Assembly: GCF_018350175.1 (NCBI RefSeq)
Contig: NC_058368.1
Coordinates: 139,192,001-139,256,000 of the forward strand
Direction of reading: 5' to 3'
Length of the DNA stretch: 64,000 nucleotides
Origin: Felis catus
Lineage: Eukaryota
Part shown: positions 62,398-64,000 of the stretch, piece after piece
Position numbering within the stretch: position 1 is the stretch's first letter
Layout: each line of letters starts with the position of its first letter
Notes under the pieces: model-generated
The model's input: the letters and a program-made list of their open reading frames with translations, nothing else
Told to the model about the DNA's origin: nothing
Databases searched by the model: none
Made by a program: the position numbers and the translations under genes

Positions 62398-63039
62398 CCA
62401 GCACTGCCCCCCTCCACCCCCAAACTGGCTACCCAAGTCTGTTACAAGTTATAGGCATGTTTGCTTATGGCAATACGTAGTACAGTTCACATGAAAATCC
62501 AGATTTCTATCTTTGCTTGAGAAAATAAAAAACTGAAGACCTGGGCACATTCAGCTCAAATAATGATCTGGGGTTGAACACTCTGTTCCCTCCCTAGAGG
62601 GGTCAGGTCCTCTCCAGCTGCACCCTTCCCACAGGCTAACCTGTGCACTTACCTCTCACTGTGACGGGCAGTGGCACTGAGACCTCTTAGCATCGAAAAC
62701 CTACATTAACGCTGTTCCCCAATGGTGTTCCTTAATTGTCCTCTCACTGACTATCCATTCATCTGCTCATCTCTTGGCCTACATTTTTCTGTATTTCAAC
62801 TCTCACTGTTTTCATGTCAATGCATCAAAAATACCTAATTATAACACGACAGCAATGCTTGATTTTTTACGACATGCTTTGCCACAAGTATGAAAACAAG
62901 AGCTCTCATAGGTAAACATCTTCATTTCGGTTAACTATCCCCATATACAACGTAAGAATGAAATAGTGTTACTATGTTTCCTATACCCACCATGAAACGT
63001 TCCAATCTTTAAAACTTCTTATTTAAAAAAAGGACAATT

Positions 63040-63251
63040 GGGGCGCCTGGGTGGCGCAGTCGGTTAAGCGTCCGACTTCAGCCAGGTCACGATCTCGCGG
63101 TCCGTGAGTTCGAGCCCCGCGTCGGGCTCTGGGCTGATGGCTCAGAGGCTGGAGCCTGTTTCCGATTCTGTGTCTCCCCCTCTCTCTGCCCCTCCCCCAT
63201 TCATGCTCTGTCTCTCTCTGTCCCAAAAATAAATAAACGTTGAAAAAAAAA
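63040..63251 (+). mobile_element. Young felid CanSINE
   Basis: TSD aaaaaag(g/a)acaattg. Confidence 0.97.
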
Positions 63252-64000
63252 GAACAATTGTTAATGACGAATAAAAAGTTACATCTTATAGTAGTCGATG
63301 GCTTTTTCCAAAAAAAAAAAAAAAAAAAAAAGCTTTTCTATGCATCAAGGCCAGCATCCATGGATGTCTGGAAAAGTGGATTTGAAAAATAAATCTGAAT
63401 AATTTATGAAACCAGTCAGATTGTATTGTTACCGCATTCACAGACGGTGCTTTGTATTTATCAAGACATGTCTGAATCAATCTGAAAAATTATTTCCGGA
63501 TCAATGCCCTCAGAAGAAAGACACTTATTGACTCCTGTGCTTTCCTCTTTTCTGTATTTCTTTCCTCATTCCATACTGATGGGGAAATAACAAAATATTT
63601 GCCCTTCCCCACAGCATTTTCCCTGAGCTGATGTCGGTTTACACATCAGTGCAAGTTTCCCGAGGGCCTCCTATCATGTGTCCTCCTTTACTTTCAAAAT
63701 AAGAGGCAGTTCAAAAAATCCTTTGATTTTTTAAACCTTTTGGTTTTGATATGAGTGGATTATTATTGAGCCTTTTGTGAGGTGTGGCTGTCTTGTCCGG
63801 GTCAATGTCAGCTGGTGAATGGTTTCCCTTTGGAATTCTGTGCTATTCACTTCTGCTCTTGGGAAAAGTGGGTCAACTTTTATCACATTTTAAATCTGCT
63901 TGAGAAGGTAAGACATGCACATGAAGATCAAAGCACGTATAAAGGTGGGTACACCTTGAGGAGACTTATTTTTTCTCACCACCCCCCCCCCCCCACTGCC

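Noticed and set aside
516..63226. Dozens of similar short ORFs (MAQSVKRPTSAQV..., ...QRETEHERGRGRERGRHRI...) that look like a repeated protein family
   Set aside because: They are translations of CanSINE copies on either strand.
1..63251. tRNA genes
   Set aside because: All A/B-box matches are tRNA-derived SINE heads followed by SINE bodies or A-tails.

Overview
This is mammalian genomic DNA from a felid, probably the domestic cat, judged from about 70 felid-type CanSINEs. It also holds L1, L2, MIR, solo LTR and hAT remnants. I can support no protein-coding exon of a known gene: the long ORFs are GC-rich CpG-island artefacts, SINE translations or L1 ORF2 pieces. The clearest gene feature is a CpG-island promoter (~4680-5990) with a non-coding minus-strand first exon ending at GAG|GTGAGT (5231/5230). 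That gene runs off the left edge and I cannot name it. The most interesting unexplained signal lies about 24 kb upstream on the same strand. It is a compact TATA/Inr promoter candidate with HNF4-type, ETS and CCAAT motifs, directly followed by a 40-codon hydrophobic ORF with a basic tail (29518-29640). A well-formed 162-nt exon candidate (27906-28067) follows it. There are weaker hints of a divergent plus-strand spliced lncRNA and several clear retrotransposition signatures. Repeat boundaries were read by eye and are approximate. Family names come from recalled consensus sequences; no search was run.
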